54,473 nt of DNA from Elusimicrobiota bacterium (GTDB lineage Bacteria > Elusimicrobiota > Elusimicrobia > UBA1565 > UBA9628), in contig JBBTJN010000007.1 of NCBI GenBank assembly GCA_038059415.1, positions 1-54,473 on the forward strand, written 5' to 3'. A program made the translations under genes and the position numbers. Every line of letters starts with the position of its first letter. Within the stretch, counting starts at the first letter, position 1. The notes under the pieces were generated by a model, which searched no databases, had not been told where the DNA came from, and saw nothing but the letters and a program-made list of their open reading frames with translations. Shown in pieces: positions 20,605 through 29,215 of this stretch.

Positions 20605-21570
20605 ATGACTACCACTACTGTCCGACCTCGTCCCAAGACCAAGGCCCCGACCAACCAGCTCGTGTTGCAGTCACCGACCCATGCGCCGGCACCAGTCCTG
20701 GCTGCTGGTTTACAGAAAGAGGTGAAGCCGAAAGGGGTTGTCCATCCGCGTAATCCGCTGAATGATCTGACTGCAACGGAGTGGATTCCCGAGACGGTGT
20801 CTGTTTGGAACCAGCGTGGACTTGGGGCGAATCACGCTGATGCTCAGATTGAGCGTCAACACCCGGCGCCGTTTTCTTTTACTGACGTTGCGCGCTTAGT
20901 CCGGTTCTTCACGAAGAAAGGACAGATTGTATTGGATCCCTTTGTTGGTGTCGGCTCTACGCTGAAAGCCTGTGCTCTTGAACAACGTCAGGGAATAGGT
21001 TTCGAGTTGAACCCTAAGTACGCTGAGCTGGCAAAGAAGCGTCTCCAGCTCGAAGTGCCGGATAAAGCTGCCGTCGCCCAGCAGAAAGTGGTTAAGGGCG
21101 ACTGCCGTACGCTTGTCGCTGCTTTACCCGAGAACAGCATTGATTTCGTGGTAACGAGCCCACCGTACGCCGCGATCCTTCACAAGGAGGATCACAAGGT
21201 CCGACAGGAGAGAACGGACCGGGGCTTGGATACGCGCTACAGCGACAACAAGAAGGACTTCGGCAATATCAAAGACTATCCGAAGTTTCTTGATCAGCTC
21301 GCTGAACTCCTTGGCGGATGCGCGAAGGCGCTTAAGCCGAAGAAGTATATGGCCGTTGTTGTTGGAGACTTCCGCGAGAAGTCAAAGTACGTGATGTTCC
21401 ATGCAGACTTGGCGAATGCCCTCTCGAAGTATTCCCTGGGTGTTCGTGGCATCACTGTGCTCTATCAGCGGCACAAACGGGTGTTCCCGTATGGATATCC
21501 TTACGCCTTTGTTCCGAACATGCACCATCAATTCATTGTGATCCTGCAAAATGAGAAGACAGCAAAGTAA
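20605..21570 (+). CDS. DNA methyltransferase (N4-C/N6-A type), motif order I then IV
   Basis: HPAPFSF..VLDPFVGVGST (AdoMet motif) precedes VVTSPPY (catalytic motif). GAGGAGAG RBS. Confidence 0.85.
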   Translation: MTTTTVRPRPKTKAPTNQLVLQSPTHAPAPVLAAGLQKEVKPKGVVHPRNPLNDLTATEWIPETVSVWNQRGLGANHADAQIERQHPAPFSFTDVARLVRFFTKKGQIVLDPFVGVGSTLKACALEQRQGIGFELNPKYAELAKKRLQLEVPDKAAVAQQKVVKGDCRTLVAALPENSIDFVVTSPPYAAILHKEDHKVRQERTDRGLDTRYSDNKKDFGNIKDYPKFLDQLAELLGGCAKALKPKKYMAVVVGDFREKSKYVMFHADLANALSKYSLGVRGITVLYQRHKRVFPYGYPYAFVPNMHHQFIVILQNEKTAK

Positions 21571-22357
21571 GCCCATCGGAAGCGGCATAGTTGTTGGTGA
21601 CTGCATCGAGGAGCTTCGGAAGCTCCCGGATGCCTGCACTAATTTGATTATTGCCGACCCTCCTTACAATCTCAACAAGGACTTTGGGCTTTGGAAAGAA
21701 TCAGAGCATCGGCACGAATGGTTCGATTGGTGTAAGAAGTGGCTGACGGAGTGCAAGCGGATCCTTCGCCCCGAGGGCAACATCTTTGTCTACGGCATTC
21801 ATCACCATATCTGTTGGATCCAGTGTTTTCTCTACGAGCAGGGCCTCGACTATAGACGCCTTATTGTCTGGAACTATGAGAATGGGTTTTCCGGCTACAC
21901 CCGCAGCCTTTCAGCGCACTATGAGCCGCTTCTGTGGTTTTCCGCTGGCCCGAAGTATATCTTTCATCCGATTCGTGAGCCTTATAAGAGCCTGGAACGC
22001 CTCAAGTACAAGGTGATCAAGAACGGGAAGACTTGGCAACCGAACCCCGAGGGGCGGATGGCCGGCGACGTGTGGAGATTCCCTACTCTTGCGGGGAGAC
22101 GTTTCCGAGATGAGAAGGTGGCTCATCCGACGCAGAAGCCACTCTCTATCTCCCTGCGAATTGTAAAGCACTTTTCAAATCCCGGAGATTTGGTCGTCGT
22201 TCCGTTTGCGGGAAGCGGAACCGAGTGCGTCGCGGCCAAGCAACTGGGGCGTGAGTACCTGGGATTCGACCTTAACTCCAAGTATGCTGAGATCGCCCGA
22301 GAGCGCATCCGAACGGCCATCGCTGCACCTGCAGACAAAGCTACTTCGCTGCTTTAA
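21551..22357 (+). CDS. DNA methyltransferase (N4-C/N6-A type, beta class), motif order IV then I
   Basis: IIADPPYNL lies near the N-terminus. HPTQKPLSI..VVVPFAGSGTE lies near the C-terminus. Confidence 0.88.
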   Translation: MRRQQSKPIGSGIVVGDCIEELRKLPDACTNLIIADPPYNLNKDFGLWKESEHRHEWFDWCKKWLTECKRILRPEGNIFVYGIHHHICWIQCFLYEQGLDYRRLIVWNYENGFSGYTRSLSAHYEPLLWFSAGPKYIFHPIREPYKSLERLKYKVIKNGKTWQPNPEGRMAGDVWRFPTLAGRRFRDEKVAHPTQKPLSISLRIVKHFSNPGDLVVVPFAGSGTECVAAKQLGREYLGFDLNSKYAEIARERIRTAIAAPADKATSLL

Positions 22358-23474
22358 GCCAACCCCTGTAGCCTTTCCCATCTTCCGGCGTTCTCCCAAG
22401 CGTTGCGCTTAGGCCTGTTGCGATTGACTGGTTGTCGGCATCGGCATAGAAGCTCACTACGCCGCCGAGCTTCAACTTGTGCCGCTCCCAGACAAGGAGG
22501 AGCAGCGCTCCAACCGTGAGAGATTGGATTCGAATCCCAAGTATTTCCTGAACATCCTTCACGACGCGCCAGTATTCCGACCTCGCATTGGGAAAAGAAA
22601 GAGTCACGATAGCGGGCGTGATCTCCTCAAGCTTCCCCTTGTGCCGGGAGACTAACACGGCGCAGCTATCCAGTATGCTTCGAGGCGAATCAAGAGTGGC
22701 TCCCTCGGAGAACTCCACTTCTGCGGTGCCCACCGATGTCGAATGGAAGGCCGCATCCATCCGAACGTTCGTGTCGCCGTGGCGACGCATCTCCCATGAG
22801 ATACCAAGCGCCCTCATTAGATTTCTGACGAGGAGATTCGGGAATTGTGCGGATATGCCGCGAGGCGGGTGAGTCAGGTGTTCGTAGATTGCCTCTAAGA
22901 AGTTCTCGCCGCGCTCGACGATCGTTCCTTTGACGGCAGCTTTAGCGAATACCCGCGCAATCTCGTCCGTGTTCTTCTTCTCAACTGCTCGAGTAGAAAG
23001 AACGAATCCCTCGTTCGGCCTGTCGTTCACGACTGCGCCTTTTGTAGTCAACGTGATAGCGGAGACAGGGCAGCGAACCACACAGAGGCCGCATGTTATG
23101 CATGACGGCGCGGATATCATCGGGACACCCGTGCGCTCATCAAGCTCCATGGCATTCGTTGGGCAAACATCTGGCGTCGTATCCGCTGGGAATGCCGCTA
23201 GGGCAGCTGAGGTTTTGTCCTCTGCGGTGTATCTCATGCACGGGGTATCAGGACAATGGATACAGGAGCCCGCGACTTCGATCCCGCCCTTGAATTTAAT
23301 GCGCGACGGCACGCCCAGCCCGCCATGAATAACCTCAAGCGGGACGCTAGTGAGGTCCTTGCCCTTAATGAGTGCCGTGGACCGCTTAAGGATTTTCAAT
23401 TTCGAGCAGTCCTCGCAGGTGCAGGATGGCGTCCTTGTCCGGAGCGCGTCCAAACAGGACCTTCGATACTGCAA
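22341..23474 (-). CDS. 4Fe-4S ferredoxin-domain protein with an uncharacterised C-terminal domain, co-oriented with the endonuclease
   Basis: CIHCPDTPC..DVCP and CITCGLCVVRCP cluster motifs, followed by about 230 aa without a motif I recognise. The start is uncertain because the ORF overlaps the upstream gene by 89 nt. Confidence 0.6.
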   Translation of the reverse strand: MQYRRSCLDALRTRTPSCTCEDCSKLKILKRSTALIKGKDLTSVPLEVIHGGLGVPSRIKFKGGIEVAGSCIHCPDTPCMRYTAEDKTSAALAAFPADTTPDVCPTNAMELDERTGVPMISAPSCITCGLCVVRCPVSAITLTTKGAVVNDRPNEGFVLSTRAVEKKNTDEIARVFAKAAVKGTIVERGENFLEAIYEHLTHPPRGISAQFPNLLVRNLMRALGISWEMRRHGDTNVRMDAAFHSTSVGTAEVEFSEGATLDSPRSILDSCAVLVSRHKGKLEEITPAIVTLSFPNARSEYWRVVKDVQEILGIRIQSLTVGALLLLVWERHKLKLGGVVSFYADADNQSIATGLSATLGRTPEDGKGYRGWLKAAK

Positions 23475-25086
23475 GGCGAATCAATGTTCGGAAGTCGATC
23501 ACGCCAATTGAGAGTTTGTAGGTCGAATGGATATCAGAGATCAGCGAAGAGACTTCGGAGCGGTCATTCGGGGGCTCGTACCCTACCGCCAAGCTGGCTG
23601 CAGTTCGCGTCGTTGGAACATAGCGGCGGGCGAGGAGGACGACCTTATTCTCGAGAGCTTGTCGGACCCCTTTCACAGAAAGGAACTCTTCCTCTCCCGG
23701 CGATTTGATCTCAATCGGGACCGACTCTTTCGCGTCCTTGATGAGTGCGTCCATTCGCTGATAGTTCACGCCCGCTCGAGAGCACGTGCAGTCGAAGCCC
23801 AGAATCTTAAAGAGGTCTGCTACCGCTGGGTAGAAAGTGGCCTTCCCGGCGCCTCTAAATGATTCGAATATGGTGTCCGCAATTTTGTCGATGCCGAGCT
23901 TCCGGTCGGCCTCTTTGATTTGGGCAGCGATTGGCGAGCTGTCCACGGGAGCCCTGCTCTTGTCAGTGCTAAGCCGAACCTTGGCTATCAGCGGGGTACG
24001 CGCTGATCCTGCGGCAGCATCTTTGGCAACTCCAAGGCCGGGGCTAGTGCTGCGCGTAGAACCTTCTGAATAGGGCGGGAAAGCTTTGCGGAGAAGATCT
24101 GGCGCACACTCTTGGAAGGGTGAGAATAAGAGGCGGCTAGCATCTCTGACTTTGAGTTTCGCCGTCAAAATTCCGCAGGTCGCGGCAAGTGCTGCGGGCT
24201 TCTCGGCAACGTCCGCCAACGAGAAGCCTGAAATCGCCATCATCTGGTAGAAGGAGAGTTTTATGAAGGCAAGGGCCTCGGGTTCTCGCGCAGACCCAAG
24301 ATCCGAGCAGCGCACGTCAGTTGCATTTTGAACCCTTTGGGCAGCGGCATCGCCGCTTCCCGTGAGGACATATTCGACTCCCCGCCCGTCTCTAGCCGGC
24401 ATTGCCCAGCCCGCCCAGCGCAACACCCCGAGAGGGAACCTCGTGTAGTTCTGGAGAGTGTTGAGCTGGATCTTAATCTCAGAGGCGAACTTATTTACGG
24501 CCGCATCTGTCCCGTTCGTTTCACGAAGGCGTCGAATGCGCTTGATTGCGTGCGCAACCTCTTCATCATCTCGATCATCCTCCAACTGCAGGGGCCCAAG
24601 AATGATCTCGTCACGAGAGATTTTCCCATCCAGCTCTCGCGCCATGCGCAGGATAGTCGCTATCGGCCGGACTTTGTGAGCGCCCTTCACCTCAACGTGG
24701 GGGTTCGGGTAGCTGATGTGGAGAATGCACTCGCGAATTAGCTTCTCCAGGATGCCGGGGTCCATTGCGATGTGGGCGCCCAGATAGGTGAAGTTGAATT
24801 CCTGTCGATTGTCCGGAAGGCTATGAATCCAGCCCAGGATGCGGAAGAGTTCGGAATACATCTTTGACTGGTTGAAGAGGGGATCGCGGCTACGGTCCTT
24901 ACGCGTGCTTCGGAGCAGGGCTTCGTCGCCGATGTGCCCGGACGAGGTCGCCAGGTTGCTATCCACGAGTGCTTGAGACATGTCGTCAAGCGTGAAGCTG
25001 GGCAGCGTTCGGAGCGCCTGGAAAAGCGCCTTGAATATTCTAACGAACGCAGCAATGTCCGAGCCGGGATTCGGGAAGCGCAGCAC
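23386..25086 (-). CDS. Putative restriction endonuclease (large type II/IIS-like, possibly AlwI-family)
   Basis: Candidate PD-(D/E)xK catalytic motif MDALIKDAKESVPIEIKSPG near the C-terminus. 566 aa, convergent with two methyltransferase genes. Confidence 0.55.
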   Translation of the reverse strand: MLRFPNPGSDIAAFVRIFKALFQALRTLPSFTLDDMSQALVDSNLATSSGHIGDEALLRSTRKDRSRDPLFNQSKMYSELFRILGWIHSLPDNRQEFNFTYLGAHIAMDPGILEKLIRECILHISYPNPHVEVKGAHKVRPIATILRMARELDGKISRDEIILGPLQLEDDRDDEEVAHAIKRIRRLRETNGTDAAVNKFASEIKIQLNTLQNYTRFPLGVLRWAGWAMPARDGRGVEYVLTGSGDAAAQRVQNATDVRCSDLGSAREPEALAFIKLSFYQMMAISGFSLADVAEKPAALAATCGILTAKLKVRDASRLLFSPFQECAPDLLRKAFPPYSEGSTRSTSPGLGVAKDAAAGSARTPLIAKVRLSTDKSRAPVDSSPIAAQIKEADRKLGIDKIADTIFESFRGAGKATFYPAVADLFKILGFDCTCSRAGVNYQRMDALIKDAKESVPIEIKSPGEEEFLSVKGVRQALENKVVLLARRYVPTTRTAASLAVGYEPPNDRSEVSSLISDIHSTYKLSIGVIDFRTLIRLAVSKVLFGRAPDKDAILHLRGLLEIENP

Positions 25087-25154
25087 GGGGGAAGCTTATC
25101 ATTTTGGTTTTATGACCATAATGTTAGAATCCCTTTAGAATATGGAGCTTTTCA

Positions 25155-25685
25155 ATGCCTAAGCTAGTGAAGGCTAAGGTTTCAAACGAGCGAAAGAACC
25201 TGCACCGGCTTGCCGGTGAGTTCTTGGTGGCCTCGCGCTTAACGCAACGGGGCTTCATGGTCACGCTGCAGTGGGGCAGTACCATCAGCTACGACATTCT
25301 GGTTTTCGATAAGCAAGGGAATGTCGCGTTCATAGAAGTGAAGTCGAGCGCATCCTACCATCGGCGGTGGGTGCTCCAAAGCAAATACGCTCGTCCAGAG
25401 ACGGACTCGATTCCTCTCGCCAAGCGATTCATTTGCTGCGTTGACTTATCATCGATGGGACGTGAGCCTGACATCTACGTCTTTCCCGCAGCCCTCGTCG
25501 CGAAGGGGCTTAGCTATTACTTCAATGGCAAGTACCCAAATAGCTTGAGCTATCACCTTTCGCTCGATTTCAAACCACAAGGACAAACGAAGAATCCGCA
25601 CGTAAAAACCGTTGGCGAACATATCGACGCAGACTCATACCGAGAGAACTTCAAGGCACTCGGTGTCACACCCCTGGCAACGTAG
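25155..25685 (+). CDS. Small PD-(D/E)xK nuclease-fold protein (Hjc/restriction-endonuclease-like)
   Basis: YDILVFDKQGNVAFIEVKSS gives a D..E-V-K arrangement. 176 aa. Confidence 0.45.
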   Translation: MPKLVKAKVSNERKNLHRLAGEFLVASRLTQRGFMVTLQWGSTISYDILVFDKQGNVAFIEVKSSASYHRRWVLQSKYARPETDSIPLAKRFICCVDLSSMGREPDIYVFPAALVAKGLSYYFNGKYPNSLSYHLSLDFKPQGQTKNPHVKTVGEHIDADSYRENFKALGVTPLAT

Positions 25686-25734
25686 AGCTGCACCCAGTTT
25701 TACCCATCGGCAGCGCGACAAGTTCATAAAAGGG

Positions 25735-25831
25735 TCATGGATGCCTTTAGAATGACCTAGGAGCTCTTGTCCATAGTCCCTTGAAGTTTTGGTCGGCCAA
25801 ATACCCTATAAGTCGATATCGCTCGAAATAG
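25735..25831 (+). repeat. Island repeat copy 1 (~97 nt core; similarity extends about 22 nt further left)
   Basis: TCATGGATGCCTTTAGAATGACC..CCCTTGAAGTTTTGGTCGGCCAAATACCCTATAAGTCGATATCGCTCGAAATAG. Nearly identical to copy 4. Confidence 0.9.
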
Positions 25832-25847
25832 ACTACCTGTGCAGGTG

Positions 25848-25887
25848 TTCAGGTAGCTCTAGGCCACCTCGTATACTTAGACGAATG
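25848..25887 (+). promoter_or_regulatory. Candidate promoter TTCAGG-N16-CGTATA, with an ATG 8 nt after the TATACT box
   Basis: Read directly from the sequence. A 7-bp hairpin (25833-25839/25850-25856) overlaps the -35 position. Confidence 0.35.
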
Positions 25888-26232
25888 AGCGCTGGCCTGC
25901 ATCTGCGAGAAGTCCCGGGTCTCCAGTTGCCCGGGCAGCCGGTGGTGGGGGGATGACGGCGCGGCAAGGGCTGCGGATGGGCCGATACTGCCTGCGATGC
26001 GCCCGGGAGTCCCGTTCAGGGCTGAGCATAAGTCCTGTCGTAAGGTGCCCCTTTTCCTTTTACCGCGAACTGTTCGTGCAAGGTGGAGCCGATAGCCCCG
26101 AAACAGGCAGAGGATAAATGCCAAGCTGAGTAGTAGTCACTGGTCGTGGTACTATTTCTTTGCAGAGATTCTCATGGCTAACCCGGTACGGGAAAAGTTT
26201 GGGGGCTGGTACGCCGCTGAAGGAGAAAAGTC

Positions 26233-27165
26233 ATGCCGGGTGCCTACGCTCATATCACTCTAGCGAACCTTCTTAAAGAACCCGCACGGCTTGAGGCCAT
26301 TCCCGCCTTCCCAGTAGAGGCTATCTCCGCAGTTCTGGACTACTTTAAGTTCTGCGAGTTGGGAGCTGTAAGCCCAGACTACCCCTACCTGTCGGTAGGA
26401 GACAAGAAGGCCGAGGCCTGGGCCAACCTCATGCATTATACGCGTACCGGTGCGATGCTCCAGGTCGGAATTGGGAAACTGCGGGGTCTGCCCAAGGAAA
26501 CGATGCACAAAGGATTGGCCTGGTTGCTGGGCTACGCGGCTCACGTGGCAACCGATGTTTCAATCCACCCGGTCGTCAATCTCAAAGTTGGTCGCTACGA
26601 AGACAACAAGAGGATGCACCGAGTCTGTGAGCTGAACCAGGACGCCCATATCTTCCAACGGATGAAGCTCGGGGGCGTCGGTCTCTCCGAGCACCTGGAT
26701 TCAGGGATCGGTGGGTGCTGCAATCCTCGGAACAAGAAGCAGCTCGATACGGACATCGTTGATCTCTGGAAGAGCATTCTTAAAGAGGTCCACCCTGCCG
26801 AGTTTAAGAAGAACCCTCCGGATTTCAACAAGTGGCACAAACTCTTTAAGTTGATGGTCGATGATGTCGCGGAAGAGGGGAATAAGCTGATGCCCTTTGC
26901 CCGGCACCTGGGCGTCAACTGCGGGCTGACTTATCCAACGGCGGACGAGATTGACCGCCAATTCATCGACGGACTTGCTGTTCCCGGCGGTGCCCGCGAG
27001 GGATATGATTCGATCTTCGACCGGACGATTGGCAACGTCGGCGGAGTCTGGCAGCTTGTTGCGTCCGGGGTCCTGCAAGGCGATGAGAAGTATGTGGCCC
27101 GGCTCGGAACATGGAATCTTGATACGGGAAAGGACGAGAACGACCGAATGGTCTTCTGGAGCTGA
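26233..27165 (+). CDS. Zinc-dependent phospholipase C-like family protein (no signal peptide seen)
   Basis: His/Asp-rich blocks AYAHI, SPDYPY, LMHY, GYAAHVATDVSIHP and HRVCELNQDAH. GAAGGAG RBS. Confidence 0.55.
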   Translation: MPGAYAHITLANLLKEPARLEAIPAFPVEAISAVLDYFKFCELGAVSPDYPYLSVGDKKAEAWANLMHYTRTGAMLQVGIGKLRGLPKETMHKGLAWLLGYAAHVATDVSIHPVVNLKVGRYEDNKRMHRVCELNQDAHIFQRMKLGGVGLSEHLDSGIGGCCNPRNKKQLDTDIVDLWKSILKEVHPAEFKKNPPDFNKWHKLFKLMVDDVAEEGNKLMPFARHLGVNCGLTYPTADEIDRQFIDGLAVPGGAREGYDSIFDRTIGNVGGVWQLVASGVLQGDEKYVARLGTWNLDTGKDENDRMVFWS

Positions 27166-27167
27166 GA

Positions 27168-27644
27168 ATGCGAAGAACTACATTCACTGCGGGTGTCGGC
27201 CTAGTCGCCCTCATCTTTGTCGCTTCCTGCCATCGAAAGATTGCCCCAGTCCAGTCCCGCGCCGCCACGGCAGATCAGCCCAGCCTCGGTGCGCCCAACT
27301 CCGAAGAGGTCTTAATTCTTGGTTCGGCGCTCACCAAGCTTAGTGCCTCCGCCGAATCGGCCGTGCGGTATAAAAATCCTCCACCGAACCTGAGTGAGAA
27401 CGACCTGCTCGAGTTCGCTACCCAGCATGACCCATCTCTCCTGGAGCCGTTTTCCAAGTATCGGCTGAAAATTATGAGCCAGGGGGGGCACGCTGTTGTC
27501 CTGGTCTGCACCAAGGATGGGCGGGCGGCATTCCTTGAAGACGCTGGCTGTAGTGGGCCATTGGAGAAACGTGCGGCGGAGGGCTCCCCACTCCCGCCGT
27601 GTGAGTTCTCAGTGAACGTTCGTGAGGCGTGTGCACTCAAATGA
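27168..27644 (+). CDS. Lipoprotein, function unknown
   Basis: Lipobox in MRRTTFTAGVGLVALIFVASC. Confidence 0.6.
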   Translation: MRRTTFTAGVGLVALIFVASCHRKIAPVQSRAATADQPSLGAPNSEEVLILGSALTKLSASAESAVRYKNPPPNLSENDLLEFATQHDPSLLEPFSKYRLKIMSQGGHAVVLVCTKDGRAAFLEDAGCSGPLEKRAAEGSPLPPCEFSVNVREACALK

Positions 27645-28825
27645 GAGTTACAGGAATAATCGCCGCAGTAGTTAGCGTACTGTCCCTGCCCGTTTACGCC
27701 GCCACGCCCTCCGAGCCTTACAAAGTATTCTTCGGCAACCTCCACGCGCATAGCTCTTACTCGGACGGCTCCGGAACTCCCGCAGAGGCTTTTACCTTTG
27801 CTCGCGACACCGGCAAACTCGACTTCATGGCACTATCTGAACATAACCATGCGAGTGCCGAAATGGGAGCTAAGGAACGGCGGGACGGGCTGATGATCGC
27901 GACTCAGGAGGATCTCTACAACGGAGACGGCGAGAACTCCGTTACCTCGGCGGCTCGGCGGGCGACTGAGGACGGACGGTTCGTTGCCCTGGCGGGTCAA
28001 GAGTTCAGCGCAATCTCAAAAGGCAATCACATCAACGTCTTTGAGATCAAGCCGGTGATCAAGACGGAGAACGGTGCCTTCGATCAGCTATTTCGCTTCC
28101 TTGCTGCGACACCGGACAGCCTGGGAGAACCCGCGCTCGTAATGTTGAATCACCCTGGTGACTTCAAGGGCCCTGAAGAGTACGGTGAGGACGACTGCCC
28201 TGACCGGAAGACATGGATCGCGACGTTGAACAAGTACGCGGCGCTAATCGAGGTCCTAAGCGGTCCGGCCATGGCCAAGACCAAGAAGCGCCCAACCGGT
28301 AACGCCCAGCGCGACTATTTTCACTATCTGAGTCTCGGGCTCTACCTAGCACCAACCGCGTCCCAGGACAATCACTACAAAACCTGGGGCACGGCGACGG
28401 ACACGCGGACGGGCGTCTTAGCCAAGAGTCTGACCAAGGCCGACATCCTTAACGCTCTGAAGGCTCGGAGAGCCTACGCCACGCATGACAAGAACTTGCG
28501 CGTATGGTTCCGAGTAGGTGGCAACCTGATGGGAGATATCGTTAAGGCTGGGGCCGACTTGAAGGCGGTCAATGCCACGGTTACGATCGAGGACGGCGAT
28601 GAGCCCCAGGCCCACTACAAGATTGAGCTTCTTCGCGGTGTGGTCGGCGGCGGCGACGACACGGCTGTTGTGACTCAGCGAGAGCTTGTCGGCGACGGTA
28701 GCGTCCGGTTCGAGAACGTTCGCTATCGCGGAGGCAGGAGCTACTACCTCGTCAGGATCGCGCAGAGCAGTGGGCGCGGGCCGAAGGATATGACCTGGAC
28801 GGCCCCAGTCTGGATCGAGCCCTAG
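27641..28825 (+). CDS. Secreted PHP-domain (CehA/McbA-like) metallohydrolase
   Basis: Signal peptide, then FGNLHAHSSYSDGSG and ALSEHNH. ATGA overlap with the preceding gene. Confidence 0.7.
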   Translation: MRVTGIIAAVVSVLSLPVYAATPSEPYKVFFGNLHAHSSYSDGSGTPAEAFTFARDTGKLDFMALSEHNHASAEMGAKERRDGLMIATQEDLYNGDGENSVTSAARRATEDGRFVALAGQEFSAISKGNHINVFEIKPVIKTENGAFDQLFRFLAATPDSLGEPALVMLNHPGDFKGPEEYGEDDCPDRKTWIATLNKYAALIEVLSGPAMAKTKKRPTGNAQRDYFHYLSLGLYLAPTASQDNHYKTWGTATDTRTGVLAKSLTKADILNALKARRAYATHDKNLRVWFRVGGNLMGDIVKAGADLKAVNATVTIEDGDEPQAHYKIELLRGVVGGGDDTAVVTQRELVGDGSVRFENVRYRGGRSYYLVRIAQSSGRGPKDMTWTAPVWIEP

Positions 28826-29061
28826 GAGTTTCGGGAAATCGCAAAGAGGAACCTATGAAGAATTGTCCTTTCTGTGCTGAAGAGATCCAGGCCACTGCGA
28901 AAGGGTGGCAAGTTTGGTGTCAATCCGGATGGCAAGTCCCGTACCTGCGCTGACCGCCGGCTTGCGCATCCTCCACTTGCTGACGGCGAGTGAACTCTGA
29001 CACTTTGACAGTTTGTCAGAAGCCCCAACCCCCTCGCAACGCGACAAGCTCAATAAAAGGG

Positions 29062-29158
29062 TCATGGTTGCCCTTAAAATGACATTAGAGAAGAGCAAGG
29101 TAGACCCTTGAAGTTTTGGTCGGCCGAATACCCTATAAGTCAATATCGCTAGAAACAG
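29062..29158 (+). repeat. Island repeat copy 2
   Basis: TCATGGTTGCCCTTAAAATGAC..CCCTTGAAGTTTTGGTCGGCCGAATACCCTATAAGTCAATATCGCTAGAAACAG. Confidence 0.9.
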
Positions 29159-29198
29159 TGCAAGGATGCGTTCCTCCGGCGTCCGGCGTCTTAGGGCT

Positions 29199-29215
29199 CG
29201 TATAGATGTTTTGTG
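29199..29215 (+). promoter_or_regulatory. CTCGTATAGA box 7 nt upstream of the ligase GTG (candidate leaderless promoter)
   Basis: CGTATA at 29199-29204 and GTG at 29213. Confidence 0.35.

Noticed and set aside
25849-26124. 91-aa minus-strand ORF in the long non-coding tract
   Set aside because: It has poor composition, no RBS, and lies opposite to all neighbouring transcription.
28855-28953. 32-codon ORF MKNCPFCAEEIQ... with a good AGAGGA RBS
   Set aside because: It looks like the start of a zinc-ribbon protein that has lost its second Cys pair by frameshift. It is probably a decayed gene or a trivial small ORF, with insufficient support for a feature call.
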